This document shows, piece by piece, positions 13,883 to 28,521 of a DNA stretch of 64,000 nt. The notes below the pieces were generated by a model. It saw only the letters and a list, made by a program, of their open reading frames with translations. It was not told the DNA's origin and did no database searches. Both the position numbers and the translations under genes were made by a program. Every line of letters begins with the position of its first letter. Within the stretch, counting starts at the first letter, position 1. The stretch is from Eledone cirrhosa (Eukaryota), in assembly GCA_964016885.1 (NCBI GenBank), contig OZ024742.1:209746001-209810000 (forward strand), read 5' to 3'.

Positions 13883-13885
<3 letters not shown>
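13500..13885. repeat. ~380-bp near-perfect palindrome (back-to-back arms) next to (TA)n
   Basis: 13500-13684 is the reverse complement of 13700-13885. The left arm (minus strand) carries GAAACACGCGTC, an HHR stem III/cleavage-like 3' half. The right arm has GGAACGCGCGTC. Confidence 0.85.
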
Positions 13886-13932
<47 letters not shown>

Positions 13933-13979
13933 GTGTGTGTGTATGTGTGTGTGTGTGTGTGTAAGTATGTATGTATGTA

Positions 13980-14245
13980 TGTCAGTGTTGAACAAAAAGG
14001 TGACGTGGTTGCCTAAACACTGTACGGCGTTAATCGGGCTGTTTGTTTGTTTACAAACGGACAAACCGAGCATTATAATAAATGTTCGGTAAACGGATAC
14101 GTGCATATATATGTGTGTGCATGTATGTATATATATATACATACTACGGTATGTCTGTATACATATATGTATGTACGTATACATACATACATACTTACAT
14201 TTAAGTAAGTGCTGTACTAAGAGTGAGAAAGGAAATTTCGTTTCA
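13980..14245 (+). repeat. Dispersed repeat, with copies at 18505-18755 (+) and ~17415-17530 (-)
   Basis: Shared gtcagtgttgaa...aaaccgagcattataataaatgttcggtaaac...tactaagagtgagaaa. The 17.4-kb copy follows an intact HHR. Confidence 0.8.
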
Positions 14246-14252
14246 TTCTATT

Positions 14253-14304
<52 letters not shown>

Positions 14305-14307
<3 letters not shown>

Positions 14308-14450
14308 TAGGCGGCGAATAAACAGAGTTACTAGAACGTCGGATAAAATGTTTTGTGGTATTCGTTTCGTTTCTCTGCGCTCTGAGTTCAAATCCTGCTT
14401 TTCATCCATTCCAGGTCGATAAAAGAAATGTACCAGTACTGGGGCCAACT
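14305..14450 (+). mobile_element. tRNA-derived SINE (family A, diverged)
   Basis: ctgagttcaaatcctgcttttcatcc...ggtcgataaaag..gtaccagtactgggg. Confidence 0.6.
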
Positions 14451-14637
14451 CTTCCTCTGTGTCTCTTTCTCAATTCCATTCTCTAACATTCTGTATTTGT
14501 CTCTGGAAGAAATATACTATGTTCAGATATGGAGAGGAGATGGGTTCCACCAGGTTTAAACATGCCCTAGAAACGCCGTGTGTCAATACGGCGTCCCTAC
14601 GACACCTCACGAGTTTTGGAACCATCAGTCCATATAT

Positions 14638-14748
<111 letters not shown>

Positions 14749-15668
14749 CTGTTGTTGTTGTTGTTGCTGTTGTTATCTGTGAATTTATTAGTTTCGTTAC
14801 AGCGTCGTCTTAAATGCTTTGCCGTATTTGTTCCTGATCTTTACCCGCTGAGTTCAATTCCTAGAATCGAAATGTGTGTGCTCATTAAAACAAGAGAAAA
14901 TACAAAACGTAATAAACTGCTACAAGTGTTTCCTTATCATCATCCCACTACTACTGAGACAGGCTAACTACCTATTGTCTCACCGATAAATCCGTGGCCC
15001 AATCACCAACAAACATTTTAATAAACTTATCACTACAATTCAACAAATTTATTAATATAATATCACAGGTTTGACCATCATCGCCACTATATCAACACGC
15101 AAACAAAACTCTTCAAATATTGTTGATGACATTTTATGTCGTTATGCTTATCATTTATTGACGTTTGAAATTGAAACAAGATAGTCAGCTAAAATTATTG
15201 GTAAATTAAATTGTTTTTATCAAAAGAAATAGCTTGTGAATAGCACTTAAGTGATTAGATATCATAGTCTCAATGTTTTAGGCCATTAATTTGGTTTGCG
15301 TCTATAGACTCAAAATAGAAACGAAATATTCTAAATATATCTAATATTATTAAGAGTAAGTATATATGTTTATATGCTTATAAATAGTGTATATGTATTT
15401 GTGAGTACGGGTGTTAGTGTGTGTGGTTGTAAATGTATGTTTACATACAGAAATATTGTATGTATATATATATATCATCAATAATTGTGTAGGTTAGAAA
15501 CATCCTCGCCAATACAGCAGCGCTCCACAAATTCTTTACCTTTGTCTAAACTTTAATCTGTTATTTTAATAAATATTTGCTCTAGGGTTCTTATATATTT
15601 GATATATATTTATCGTTATCGAGCCCTCTTTGGATTTTAGTCTTCAAATTTATTATTATTACTATATA

Positions 15669-15719
<51 letters not shown>

Positions 15720-15722
<3 letters not shown>

Positions 15723-16190
15723 CATCATCATCATTTTACGTCTGATTTTCCCTGCTTGCAAGGGTTGGACGGGTCCTATTCAGCACCGCATCCCTCCACT
15801 TGTCACGGTCCTTCGTCATCTCCTCGGTGAGTTTCAGCGATCTGAGGTTTGCTCTCACCACCTCCGCCCATGTTTTTAGTGGTCTACCTCTACTGCGTCT
15901 TCCCTCCAGTGGGACTTCCTGGCTCCTCTTCACCCAGTGATCATCCTCCATGCGCATCACATGTCCATACCATCTCAACCTTCTCTCCTGCACTCCACAA
16001 CTTATCCCTCTTATACCCAGTTTCTTTCTCAACTCGTCTATGCTTGGTCGTTCACGCACATTGACATTGCATATCCAACGGAGCATACTTGCTTCATTTC
16101 TCTCTAGCCGTCGCATATCGTCTGCAGTTGCTGCCCATGTCTCACTGCCATGCAGCATCGCGCATCTCACACAGGCATCAGTGAAAGCTG
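15720..16190 (-). pseudogene. RTE-clade LINE 3' fragment with (GAT)n tail
   Basis: AMLHGSETW...ERRLRWYGHVMRM...RGRPLKTW...DRDKWR. The tail appears as (ATC)n on the + strand. Confidence 0.85.
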
Positions 16191-16423
16191 ATATATATAT
16201 ATACCATAAAGAGTCGCTACTCAACGGCTGAACGCTTACCGTTTCAACAGCTAGTTCCCCACAATTTATAATGTAGCCATTCTCTACAACCCTAAGTATT
16301 GAGTACTATGTTGAATCATGGTTTCACTAGTTTCAAATTGGTTCTATCCCGATTTACACACACACACACACACATACACACATACATATATACATACATA
16401 CATACATACATACATACATACAT

Positions 16424-16520
<97 letters not shown>

Positions 16521-17149
16521 TATGTATTTATAGTCTTTGTATGGGCTAGATAGACATTTGGTATTCAGTGGTGCCTGCCACGAGTGTATTATCCAATAAC
16601 CAGCAGATGGCGTAATATATACCGCAGATGTTTGACGTGATACAATAGGGTATGCCCATTCATGTGTGAGTTGGTATTAGAGGCCAAAATCAAATAGTAA
16701 GTCACAACTACATAGGTTGCTTCCCTTATATCAACATCTGGAATGCCTTTTTCTGATTCCATGTTCCATTACTTGTAAAATTCGATCACTAATTCAGTGT
16801 CTTATTTCCTTAACAATACTGGGTACGCTGCTTTTATAGAGATCCAAGCAACTGAAAATGAGGCATATTAAATATGTATTAATATATTGTTTACCTCTTA
16901 ATATTTATATTTTAATAAGAATAATATGGAAATCAACTTTAAAAATTGTGATACATCAAATTTAGTGCAAATTATTATATTTAAAGCGCGTCGGTTCAAT
17001 AACGCATGTATAAAAATATTTTTCATGCAAAATTGATAGTGTTAACATGTCATGTAATCATACAGAACTCCAGGGTAACAAGACTCACATTTTAACCTTA
17101 ATAAAAATAAACATATATGTATATATGTATATATATATATATACATATA

Positions 17150-17340
17150 TAACGAAGGAGGTGTGGTAAGGAACCAGATGGCCCATAACGTACCAGAGTA
17201 CTCAATATTTAGGGTAGTAGAGTGGGTAATAGAAAAATGTTTGACCCCGACGGCAGAACTGAAGCCGTTTCGACGGCTATTTCTGTTCCAGAAATAGCCG
17301 TCGAAACGGCTTGAGCTCTGCCGTCGGGGTCAAACATTTT

Positions 17341-17345
<5 letters not shown>
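17150..17345. mobile_element. 'ccccgacggc' family copy, back-to-back arms in (TA)n
   Basis: Axis at GACGGCTATTTCTG-ttc-CAGAAATAGCCGTC. Both outer ends run into (TA)n. Confidence 0.8.
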
Positions 17346-17415
<70 letters not shown>

Positions 17416-17532
17416 GTACGTATTGGTTATATCGAACATTAATAATATTCAATTCGTTTGTAAACAAACGGCCCGACTAAAGCTGTGCCGTGCCGATGAC
17501 TAATCGTCATCCGTTTGTTCAACATTGCCATT

Positions 17533-17587
17533 GAGGAACAATCAACATGTTTCTGGGTCATTACCCTTCATCAGGACTGTATACCTC
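17533..17587 (-). ncRNA. Minimal type I hammerhead ribozyme
   Basis: Minus strand: GAGG..CAGTC-CTGATGA-aGGGT aatg ACCCa-GAAA-CATG-TT^-GATTG..CCTC. Palindromic stem III (ACATGT). Confidence 0.8.
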
Positions 17588-17684
17588 TGTCAATCTGTTG
17601 AATGGTTGAAAATATATAGTATTTTCTTAAGTATACATCGACTGAGTAGCCTCATTGCATACCAAGCGAATTACAGCTGACCGC

Positions 17685-17805
<121 letters not shown>

Positions 17806-18267
17806 AAAGTATATATTGAGTTAAAAACTCACAATAGTCCCTTATAATCAAAATAGCTCATGCAAAATGTTTTCCGAGCCTTATAATACAATAAAGAGAG
17901 ATGAATACAGATATATACACATATGTGTTCAAATCACAAGGGACGTAAACCGCCAGGGTGAAGAAAATACTGACTAAAGATAGTACGGTTCACAGAACTC
18001 AATTAAAAGGATTTACAATCAAGATTTACAAACCGATTATTATAACTATCAACATCCAGACAGCTTTGGGTAGAACTGTTTCGCAATGTAGTGAAGAGAG
18101 TTAAAGGTCCAATGCTTTTCAATAGATGTTCAGACTAGTTATTGCTCCACTACTAAAGGTCTTAGAGGACTAAATAATGCGCATGTGTTAAGAGAGAGAA
18201 AACGCACATGGTGTCGCGTGCAAGAGTCCCTTGTGATTTGAACGCATATATGTATATATATATATAT

Positions 18268-18384
<117 letters not shown>

Positions 18385-18750
18385 AGGAAAAAAGATGAAA
18401 TCGAAAATGCAACAGGAGTCTTTTTTTAAATATATATTTATTTGGTTCCTTTACCGGTGGTTTCGCAGTTCTTCTCTAAGCTTGAAACTAATACATCCTT
18501 CCTGTGTCAGTGTTGAAGAAAAAGGCGAAGATGGTTGCCTGAACACAGTACGGCGTAATTCGGGCTGTTTGTTTATAAACAAACCGAGCATTATAATAAA
18601 TGTTCGGTAAACACATAGGTACATATATATATATGTGTGTGCATGTATGTATATATATACATACTACTGTACGTCTGTATGCATATATGTATGTACGTAC
18701 ACATACATACTTACATTTAAGTACCAGCCGTACTAAGAGTGAGAAATGAA

Positions 18751-18810
<60 letters not shown>

Positions 18811-18941
18811 ATAAATGCTCTGAAATAGCGATATATATGTGAATATAGACATAGAATATTCGAAAATATTCTGTATGTTTATAATAAACATTTTGAAGAC
18901 CTAATCGCTATAGAATAGAATACGTCACGTATTACAATTAG

Positions 18942-19030
18942 ATTCTCGATAAAAGCAAGGGAAGTAATCTACGCGTTTCATTCTTGTTAGAAATCATCAG
19001 GACTACATATCCAGTGCTTTTATCGAGAAT
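18942..19030 (-). ncRNA. Type I hammerhead ribozyme, first of 6 minus-strand copies (others start at 19252, 19562, 19872, 20182, 20492)
   Basis: Reverse complement of the motif at 20890-20978. Confidence 0.88.
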
Positions 19031-20889
19031 GACACAGCTAGAGACTTATAGAATACTTAGCTGTGTACAGGAACTGGTTTGAAAGAGCGGTTGCCGGTCC
19101 GGCAGAAATTAGAAATTGGAATAAATGCTCTGAAATAGCGATATATATGTGAATATAGACATAGAATATTCGAAAATATTCTGTATGTTTATAATAAACA
19201 TTTTGAAGACCTAATCGCTATAGAATAGAATACGTCACGTATTACAATTAGATTCTCGATAAAAGCAAGGGAAGTAATCTACGCGTTTCATTCTTGTTAG
19301 AAATCATCAGGACTACATATCCAGTGCTTTTATCGAGAATGACACAGCTAGAGACTTATAGAATACTTAGCTGTGTACAGGAACTGGTTTGAAAGAGCGG
19401 TTGCCGGTCCGGCAGAAATTAGAAATTGGAATAAATGCTCTGAAATAGCGATATATATGTGAATATAGACATAGAATATTCGAAAATATTCTCTATGTTT
19501 ATAATAAACATTTTGAAGACCTAATCGCTATAGAATAGAATACGTCACGTATTACAATTAGATTCTCGATAAAAGCAAGGGAAGTAATCTACGCGTTTCA
19601 TTCTTGTTAGAAATCATCAGGACTACATATCCAGTGCTTTTATCGAGAATGACACAGCTAGAGACTTATAGAATACTTAGCTGTGTACAGGAACTGGTTT
19701 GAAAGAGCGGTTGCCGGTCCGGCAGAAATTAGAAATTGGAATAAATGCTCTGAAATAGCGATATATATGTGAATATAGACATAGAATATTCGAAAATATT
19801 CTGTATGTTTATAATAAACATTTTGAAGACCTAATCGCTATAGAATAGAATACGTCACGTATTACAATTAGATTCTCGATAAAAGCAAGGGAAGTAATCT
19901 ACGCGTTTCATTCTTGTTAGAAATCATCAGGACTACATATCCAGTGCTTTTATCGAGAATGACACAGCTAGAGACTTATAGAATACTTAGCTGTGTACAG
20001 GAACTGGTTTGAAAGAGCGGTTGCCGGTCCGGCAGAAATTAGAAATTGGAATAAATGCTCTGAAATAGCGATATATATGTGAATATAGACATAGAATATT
20101 CGAAAATATTCTGTATGTTTATAATAAACATTTTGAAGACCTAATCGCTATAGAATAGAATACGTCACGTATTACAATTAGATTCTCGATAAAAGCAAGG
20201 GAAGTAATCTACGCGTTTCATTCTTGTTAGAAATCATCAGGACTACATATCCAGTGCTTTTATCGAGAATGACACAGCTAGAGACTTATAGAATACTTAG
20301 CTGTGTACAGGAACTGGTTTGAAAGAGCGGTTGCCGGTCCGGCAGAAATTAGAAATTGGAATAAATGCTCTGAAATAGCGATATATATGTGAATATAGAC
20401 ATAGAATATTCGAAAATATTCTGTATGTTTATAATAAACATTTTGAAGACCTAATCGCTATAGAATAGAATACGTCACGTATTACAATTAGATTCTCGAT
20501 AAAAGCAAGGGAAGTAATCTACGCGTTTCATTCTTGTTAGAAATCATCAGGACTACATATCCAGTGCTTTTATCGAGAATGACACAGCTAGAGACTTATA
20601 GAATACTTAGCTGTGTACAGGAACTGGTTTGAAAGAGCGGTTGCCGGTCCCTTGCTTTTATCGAGAATCTAATTGTAATACGTGACGTATTCTATTCTAT
20701 AGCGATTAGGTCTTCAAAATGTTTATTATAAACATACAGAATATTTTCGAATATTCTATGTCTATATTCACATATATATCGCTATTTCAGAGCATTTATT
20801 CCAATTTCTAATTTCTGCCGGACCGGCAACCGCTCTTTCAAACCAGTTCCTGTACACAGCTAAGTATTCTATAAGTCTCTAGCTGTGTC

Positions 20890-20978
20890 ATTCTCGATAA
20901 AAGCACTGGATATGTAGTCCTGATGATTTCTAACAAGAATGAAACGCGTAGATTACTTCCCTTGCTTTTATCGAGAAT
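20890..20978 (+). ncRNA. Type I hammerhead ribozyme (second + copy at 21200-21288)
   Basis: ATTCTCGATAAAAGCA-ctggatat-GTAGTC-CTGATGA-tTTCT aaca AGAAt-GAAA-CGCG-TA^-GATTAC-ttccct-TGCTTTTATCGAGAAT. Stem I is 6 bp, an internal loop and a 16-bp extension. Palindromic ACGCGT stem III, GUA cleavage triplet. Confidence 0.9.
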
Positions 20979-21386
20979 CTAATTGTAATACGTGACGTAT
21001 TCTATTCTATAGCGATTAGGTCTTCAAAATGTTTATTATAAACATACAGAATATTTTCGAATATTCTATGTCTATATTCACATATATATCGCTATTTCAG
21101 AGCATTTATTCCAATTTCTAATTTCTGCCGGACCGGCAACCGCTCTTTCAAACCAGTTCCTGTACACAGCTAAGTATTCTATAAGTCTCTAGCTGTGTCA
21201 TTCTCGATAAAAGCACTGGATATGTAGTCCTGATGATTTCTAACAAGAATGAAACGCGTAGATTACTTCCCTTGCTTTTATCGAGAATCTAATTGTAATA
21301 CGTGACGTATTCTATTCTATAGCGATTAGGTCTTCAAAATGTTTATTATAAACATACAGAATATTTTCGAATATTCTATGTCTATA

Positions 21387-21439
<53 letters not shown>

Positions 21440-22035
21440 GTCAGGTCACCAGTTGGTGCTACTGGTAACATGTATCCCAGTACAACCTGTCTCATGGTCG
21501 TTGGCGTCTAAACTGGCAACCCCACCAAGGTTTCTTGGTGAGGAGGGTGACTTTGGACATCCTGCAGGACTAAAAACAAAACCTGTCAAAGGGCAAAGGA
21601 GCTCTTAAGAGTCAATGGCCATCCAAAATCACCGGGAGAGATGACCCCTTAGCCTTTGTCAAGCCGGAATTCTAGGAGAAGGAAAACTCTGATATAACAC
21701 CTGCAACCCTGATGGTAGCCAATGATGTTGACTTGTTCTTCTTTTTGGTAAATATCATCTTGGTTAAGAGAGTGGGACTGGCTTTGTGCAGTGCCTTTGC
21801 TCAATATAAAAGCTTCACGACACAGGCATTGCTTTATATCTGGAGATCTCTCTGCACTTGTCGTCACATGGTACCATGGGCCCAGCACTATGTGTCAATA
21901 ATTGTGACAAGTGTAGAGTTTTCAAGTCGCTGGCTGGACTAAAAAGTCGCACTCGTTCAGCGCGCATCGGTAGGGGTTCTCCTACATGGATATAGAGTAG
22001 TGGCCGTACTCGAAAACGAGTTGGCAGCCACCATA
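21440..22035 (+). mobile_element. Non-autonomous RTE-derived element (5' UTR plus 3' tail)
   Basis: CTAGGAGAAGGAAAACTCTGA RTE-5'UTR-like motif and 3' hairpin GTACTCGAAAACGAG. Homolog at 53560-53875. Confidence 0.55.
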
Positions 22036-22074
22036 TGTATATATATATATATATATATTTAGGAACGATCGACT

Positions 22075-22280
22075 TTCGTCAAATCGGACCGAGGGAAACA
22101 ATGTTTCCGTTGGTCTTTCCAATTGCTAATACTATCTATCGGTCGCAACTCCAGGTAGAAGGAGCAACGTGAAATAAAATGTCTTGCTCAAGGACATAAC
22201 GCATCGCCTGGTCCAGGAATTGAACTCACAACCTTACGATTGCGAATCCAATTCTCTAACCACCCAGCCACACGCCTTCA
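22075..22280 (-). mobile_element. tRNA-derived SINE (family B, Meta-domain-like)
   Basis: Minus strand: GTGGCTGGGTGGTTAG A-box, GAGTTCAATTCCTGG B-box, then gtccttgagcaagacattttatttcacgttgctcc. Confidence 0.75.
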
Positions 22281-22294
22281 CTATATATATAGAG

Positions 22295-23248
<954 letters not shown>

Positions 23249-23264
23249 CACATATATATATATA

Positions 23265-23320
<56 letters not shown>

Positions 23321-23394
23321 CATTTATATATATATACCTATTTATATATATATAGATATAAATACATAAATATATATACATATATATATATATG

Positions 23395-24060
23395 TACATA
23401 TTCATTAGTTAAGCAAAACAAGACCACAAATTTCACAAGGAAGACATTATTAAAAGATTGTCTACATAGTTTTAGTTTAATGTAAGGAATGTAAAGAATA
23501 ATAATAATAATAATAATTGTTTCTACTTTAGGCACAAGGCCAGCAATTACCCAGTGCATTACTGGTACTTTTATTTTATCGACCCCGTAAGGATGAAAGG
23601 CAAAGTCAACCTCGGCGGGATTTGAACTCAGATCGTAAAGGGACGTAACTATGCTGGAAAGCATGGCGTCCGACCCTCTACCGATACTGCCAATCCACCC
23701 GTTTACAATCGTTTCGCTACTCCATATAATGAACCAGATCAATAATGATCTATAATCATTTGATCCAGAAACATTATATGGAGTAGCGAAACAATTGTAA
23801 ACGGACATTATTAGTATTATTATTATTATTATTCTTTACACTCCTTACATTAAACTAAAACTATGTTGACAAGCTTTTAATAATGTCTTCCTTGTAAAAT
23901 TTGTGGTCTTGTTTTGCTTAACTAATGAATATTTCCAGCTCTGTGCACCTAACTTCTGCATGTAAGTGCTCTGCATCTAAGGTGCTCTGTGCACCTAACC
24001 CAGCCACCTAACTGCCTTCCATGCATATTTCTCATTGAGAAACAAGCCTTTACGCTTTGG
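23395..24060. mobile_element. Truncated back-to-back copy of the 27.9-29.9 kb Penelope pLTR, with a SINE inserted in the left arm
   Basis: Arms match 29655-29862 (gagtagcgaaacaattgtaaacgg...ctaatgaatat). Confidence 0.8.
23515..23698 (-). mobile_element. tRNA-derived SINE (family A)
   Basis: Nearly identical to 55072-55256. Inserted in (AAT)n. Confidence 0.85.
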
Positions 24061-24160
24061 CTTCTAACTAATTCACGAATCTCTCTTCTCCTCTCCTATC
24101 TCCATCTCTCTCTTTAAGATTGGTTACTCCTGAACTGTATATATGTACATATATATATAC

Positions 24161-24191
<31 letters not shown>

Positions 24192-24502
24192 CATATATAT
24201 ATACATATATATACATATATATATACATATATATATACATATATATATACATATATATATACATATATATATACATATATATATACATATATATATACAT
24301 ATATATATATATACATATATATATACATATATATATATACATATATATATATACATATATATATACATATATATATACATATATATATATACATATATAT
24401 ATACATATATATATACATATATATACATATATATATATACATATATATATACATATATAAATATACATATATATATACATATATATATACATATATATAT
24501 AC

Positions 24503-24540
<38 letters not shown>

Positions 24541-24734
24541 ATACATATATATATATATTTATACATATATACATACATATATATATATATATTTATACAT
24601 ATATAAATACATATATATATATATATTTATACATATATACATACATATATATATATATATATTTATACATATATACATGTATATATACATATATATACAT
24701 ATATATATATATACATGTATATATATGTATATAT

Positions 24735-25146
24735 ATTCTTTATAATTATCTCCAAATTATTTGTCGAGCAATATTGGCCATGCCTGCTGCTATGGTAGTA
24801 GGCAAGCCGCTGTCTTATTAGCAAACCACTTTCCACTGATTGACCTCGATGTCACGTGATTGATTCTTTTTGAATTTGCCACAGACGCAGATGCAGTGAT
24901 TTTCTCAATGGCTAGGAATTCAGTCCACGTTTTGCTATTTCCTATCCACTGAATTATTTTTTAATAAGTTTCCAGAGTCCTCGCTTTGCCTGGAAACTTA
25001 GCCGAGAATAGACTTCCCTGACGACGGAATGTTTCTCACTATCTTCTTCGGAAAATATATTTACTCCATTCCAGAAACTAATTAGTTGGAAGTGATATTT
25101 TAGTAAGTAAGTTAATTTTATAATTTCCTTATTTTAAGTCTCTCAT
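24735..25146 (+). mobile_element. Diverged paralog of the 533-bp retrozyme-like unit, in (TA)n
   Basis: Collinear with 22690-23112 (atctccaaattatttg...gtcacgtgattgattc...acttagc.gagaatagac...tttagtaagt). Confidence 0.85.
25012..25093 (+). ncRNA. Type I hammerhead ribozyme
   Basis: ACTTCC-CTGACGA-cGGAATG...CATTCCa-GAAA-CTAATTAG-TT^-GGAAGT. Covaries with 22974-23055. Confidence 0.88.
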
Positions 25147-25164
25147 ATATATATATATATATAG

Positions 25165-25655
25165 TTTTGGTGACAAATACAGGAAGTCCTCAACCAATTC
25201 TAGCGGCTTCCCGCCTACATTAGTGATCCCCTCTGGCTTCTCAACATCCTCTACCAGATATTTTGTTTTAGTCTCATTCATTCTCAGCCCCACACTCATC
25301 GACACAGTCTCAACCTCCTGCATCAAATCATCTGCCACCTTCACTGTATTTGTCACCAAAACTATGTCGTCGGCAAATTCAGCATCTGATAACTTTTTCG
25401 CCTTAACTCTCCTGCTCTGAGCCGGTGCTACAGTAAAGCCAGAGTCCTGGTGTTTCTCCAGTACAAGGCGCATACAATAGTCCACTACGATGATAAAAAG
25501 GTAGGGAGCCAATGTATCTCCCTGGAGCACTCCAGCCAGTATCTCAAAGAACTCTGTCATCCTATCAGGTGTAATGACTTGGTGTTGGTGTAGAGCAGTG
25601 ATATCAGGTCCAATATCTTCTTGGGGATTCCATAAGCCTGTAAGATCTTCATCAG
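25165..25655 (-). pseudogene. RTE-clade LINE RT core fragment
   Basis: LMKILQAYGIP (frameshift)...GVLQGDTLAPYLFIIVVD...EFADDIVL...EDFLYL. Confidence 0.88.
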
Positions 25656-25798
25656 GAACACGTAGGAACACATACTTTATATATATATATATATATATAT
25701 AAAGTATGTGTTCCTATGTGTAAAAAATGCATATAGGGATACAAGTATTATTCAACCGTATGCCAATGTGGTTCTATGGCAGGTTAATAAATTATATA

Positions 25799-27269
<1,471 letters not shown>

Positions 27270-27781
27270 TTTAACATGTCTATCGAGCACTCTTATTCGA
27301 TATGTGGTTTCCCACATTACCGAAATTTTTTCGCGGATATAGAGGTTATCTCCCTTGCTGGACTCCATGTGCGTCCCAGCTAGGGTTAGCTTCTTTATTC
27401 GTTTGGACATGACCCGTTGATAAAGTGTTCCGGTCTATCCGCTCTCTAGAAGTCTTATATATTTTTATGTGGGCTGATAGGGGGCGGATTAAGGAATTGC
27501 AGAAACCCAAGGAGCTAGATTTACCATCTTTCTAGTGGGTCCGGGTAAGTTTTTACATTCATATGAATTATTGATTTATTGATATTTTATCTGAGTGACC
27601 CGAATCTTCCTGGTCGTTATTTTTCGGCTGCATGGGTGATTTTAGGCATAATCTTTGTGTGTTGGTATTTTAACGATAGTTATAGCTCTGATTTATCTGA
27701 ATTATTGAGCCCTCTACCACTCATGTCGGATTTGTTTATCGTAAACTCGTGAGCTGATTTTCCGATACCCGATTATTCTAT

Positions 27782-27873
<92 letters not shown>

Positions 27874-28521
27874 CATATATATGTATATATATATATGTAT
27901 ATGTATATATATATATACATATACATATATTCATTAGTTAAGCAAAACAAGACCACAAATTTCACAAGGAAGACATTATTAAAAGATTGTCAACATATTT
28001 TAGTTTGATGTAAGGAATGTAGAGAATAATAATAATAATATTAATAATAATAATGTCCGTTTACAATTGTTTCGCTACTCCATATAATATTTCTGGATCA
28101 GATGACTATATATCATAATTGATCTGGTTCAGTTGAAAATAATTAACATATTTAAAAGACAGAGCGGCTCATCGGAACTTCAAAGTAATATAAATTAAAA
28201 TAAAGAGAGAATGTTACATAATATTATGTTCCATATATTGTTTTTTTACTATGGTTTCTTGGTTGCATCAGTTGTCGGCCATAATCAAGCAGTATTCATC
28301 TGTCGAGACTGCATTGTGTGAGATCTGCCTATGGGTGACAGGATGGCTGCCAAAGGACATATTTACCTTACTAATTAGAGGGTGGTTTCAGGGGATGTAA
28401 CTCCTCGAGAGGTTAGAAATTGTGGGTGTTTATAGTTAAGTGCTAATTTTTAAATTTTTTACTTGAGAGACAATATAGGGGAGGTAACTTATAATAATCT
28501 AAGTTGTTCATAGCAATTTAA

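Larger units (their letters stand above)
18805..21390. mobile_element. Retrozyme-like array of a 310-bp unit: ~5.95 copies (18805-20650) plus ~2.4 inverted copies (20648-21390), in (TA)n
   Basis: Exact period of 310 (ATTGGA at 18805, 19115, 19425...). I saw only one difference between units (position 19493). One hammerhead per unit. Confidence 0.93.

Noticed and set aside
16600-16612. CTCF-like motif CCAGCAGATGGCG (similar at 60220-60232)
   Set aside because: A short motif match alone cannot be supported without ChIP or conservation data.
18050-18175. GAAACAG...CTGTC hammerhead 3' half on the minus strand
   Set aside because: No recognisable CUGANGA core. Too decayed to call.
18805-21390. 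CRISPR array or ordinary satellite
   Set aside because: There are no variable spacers, no cas genes, and the context is eukaryotic. One hammerhead per unit and the inverted architecture explain it better.
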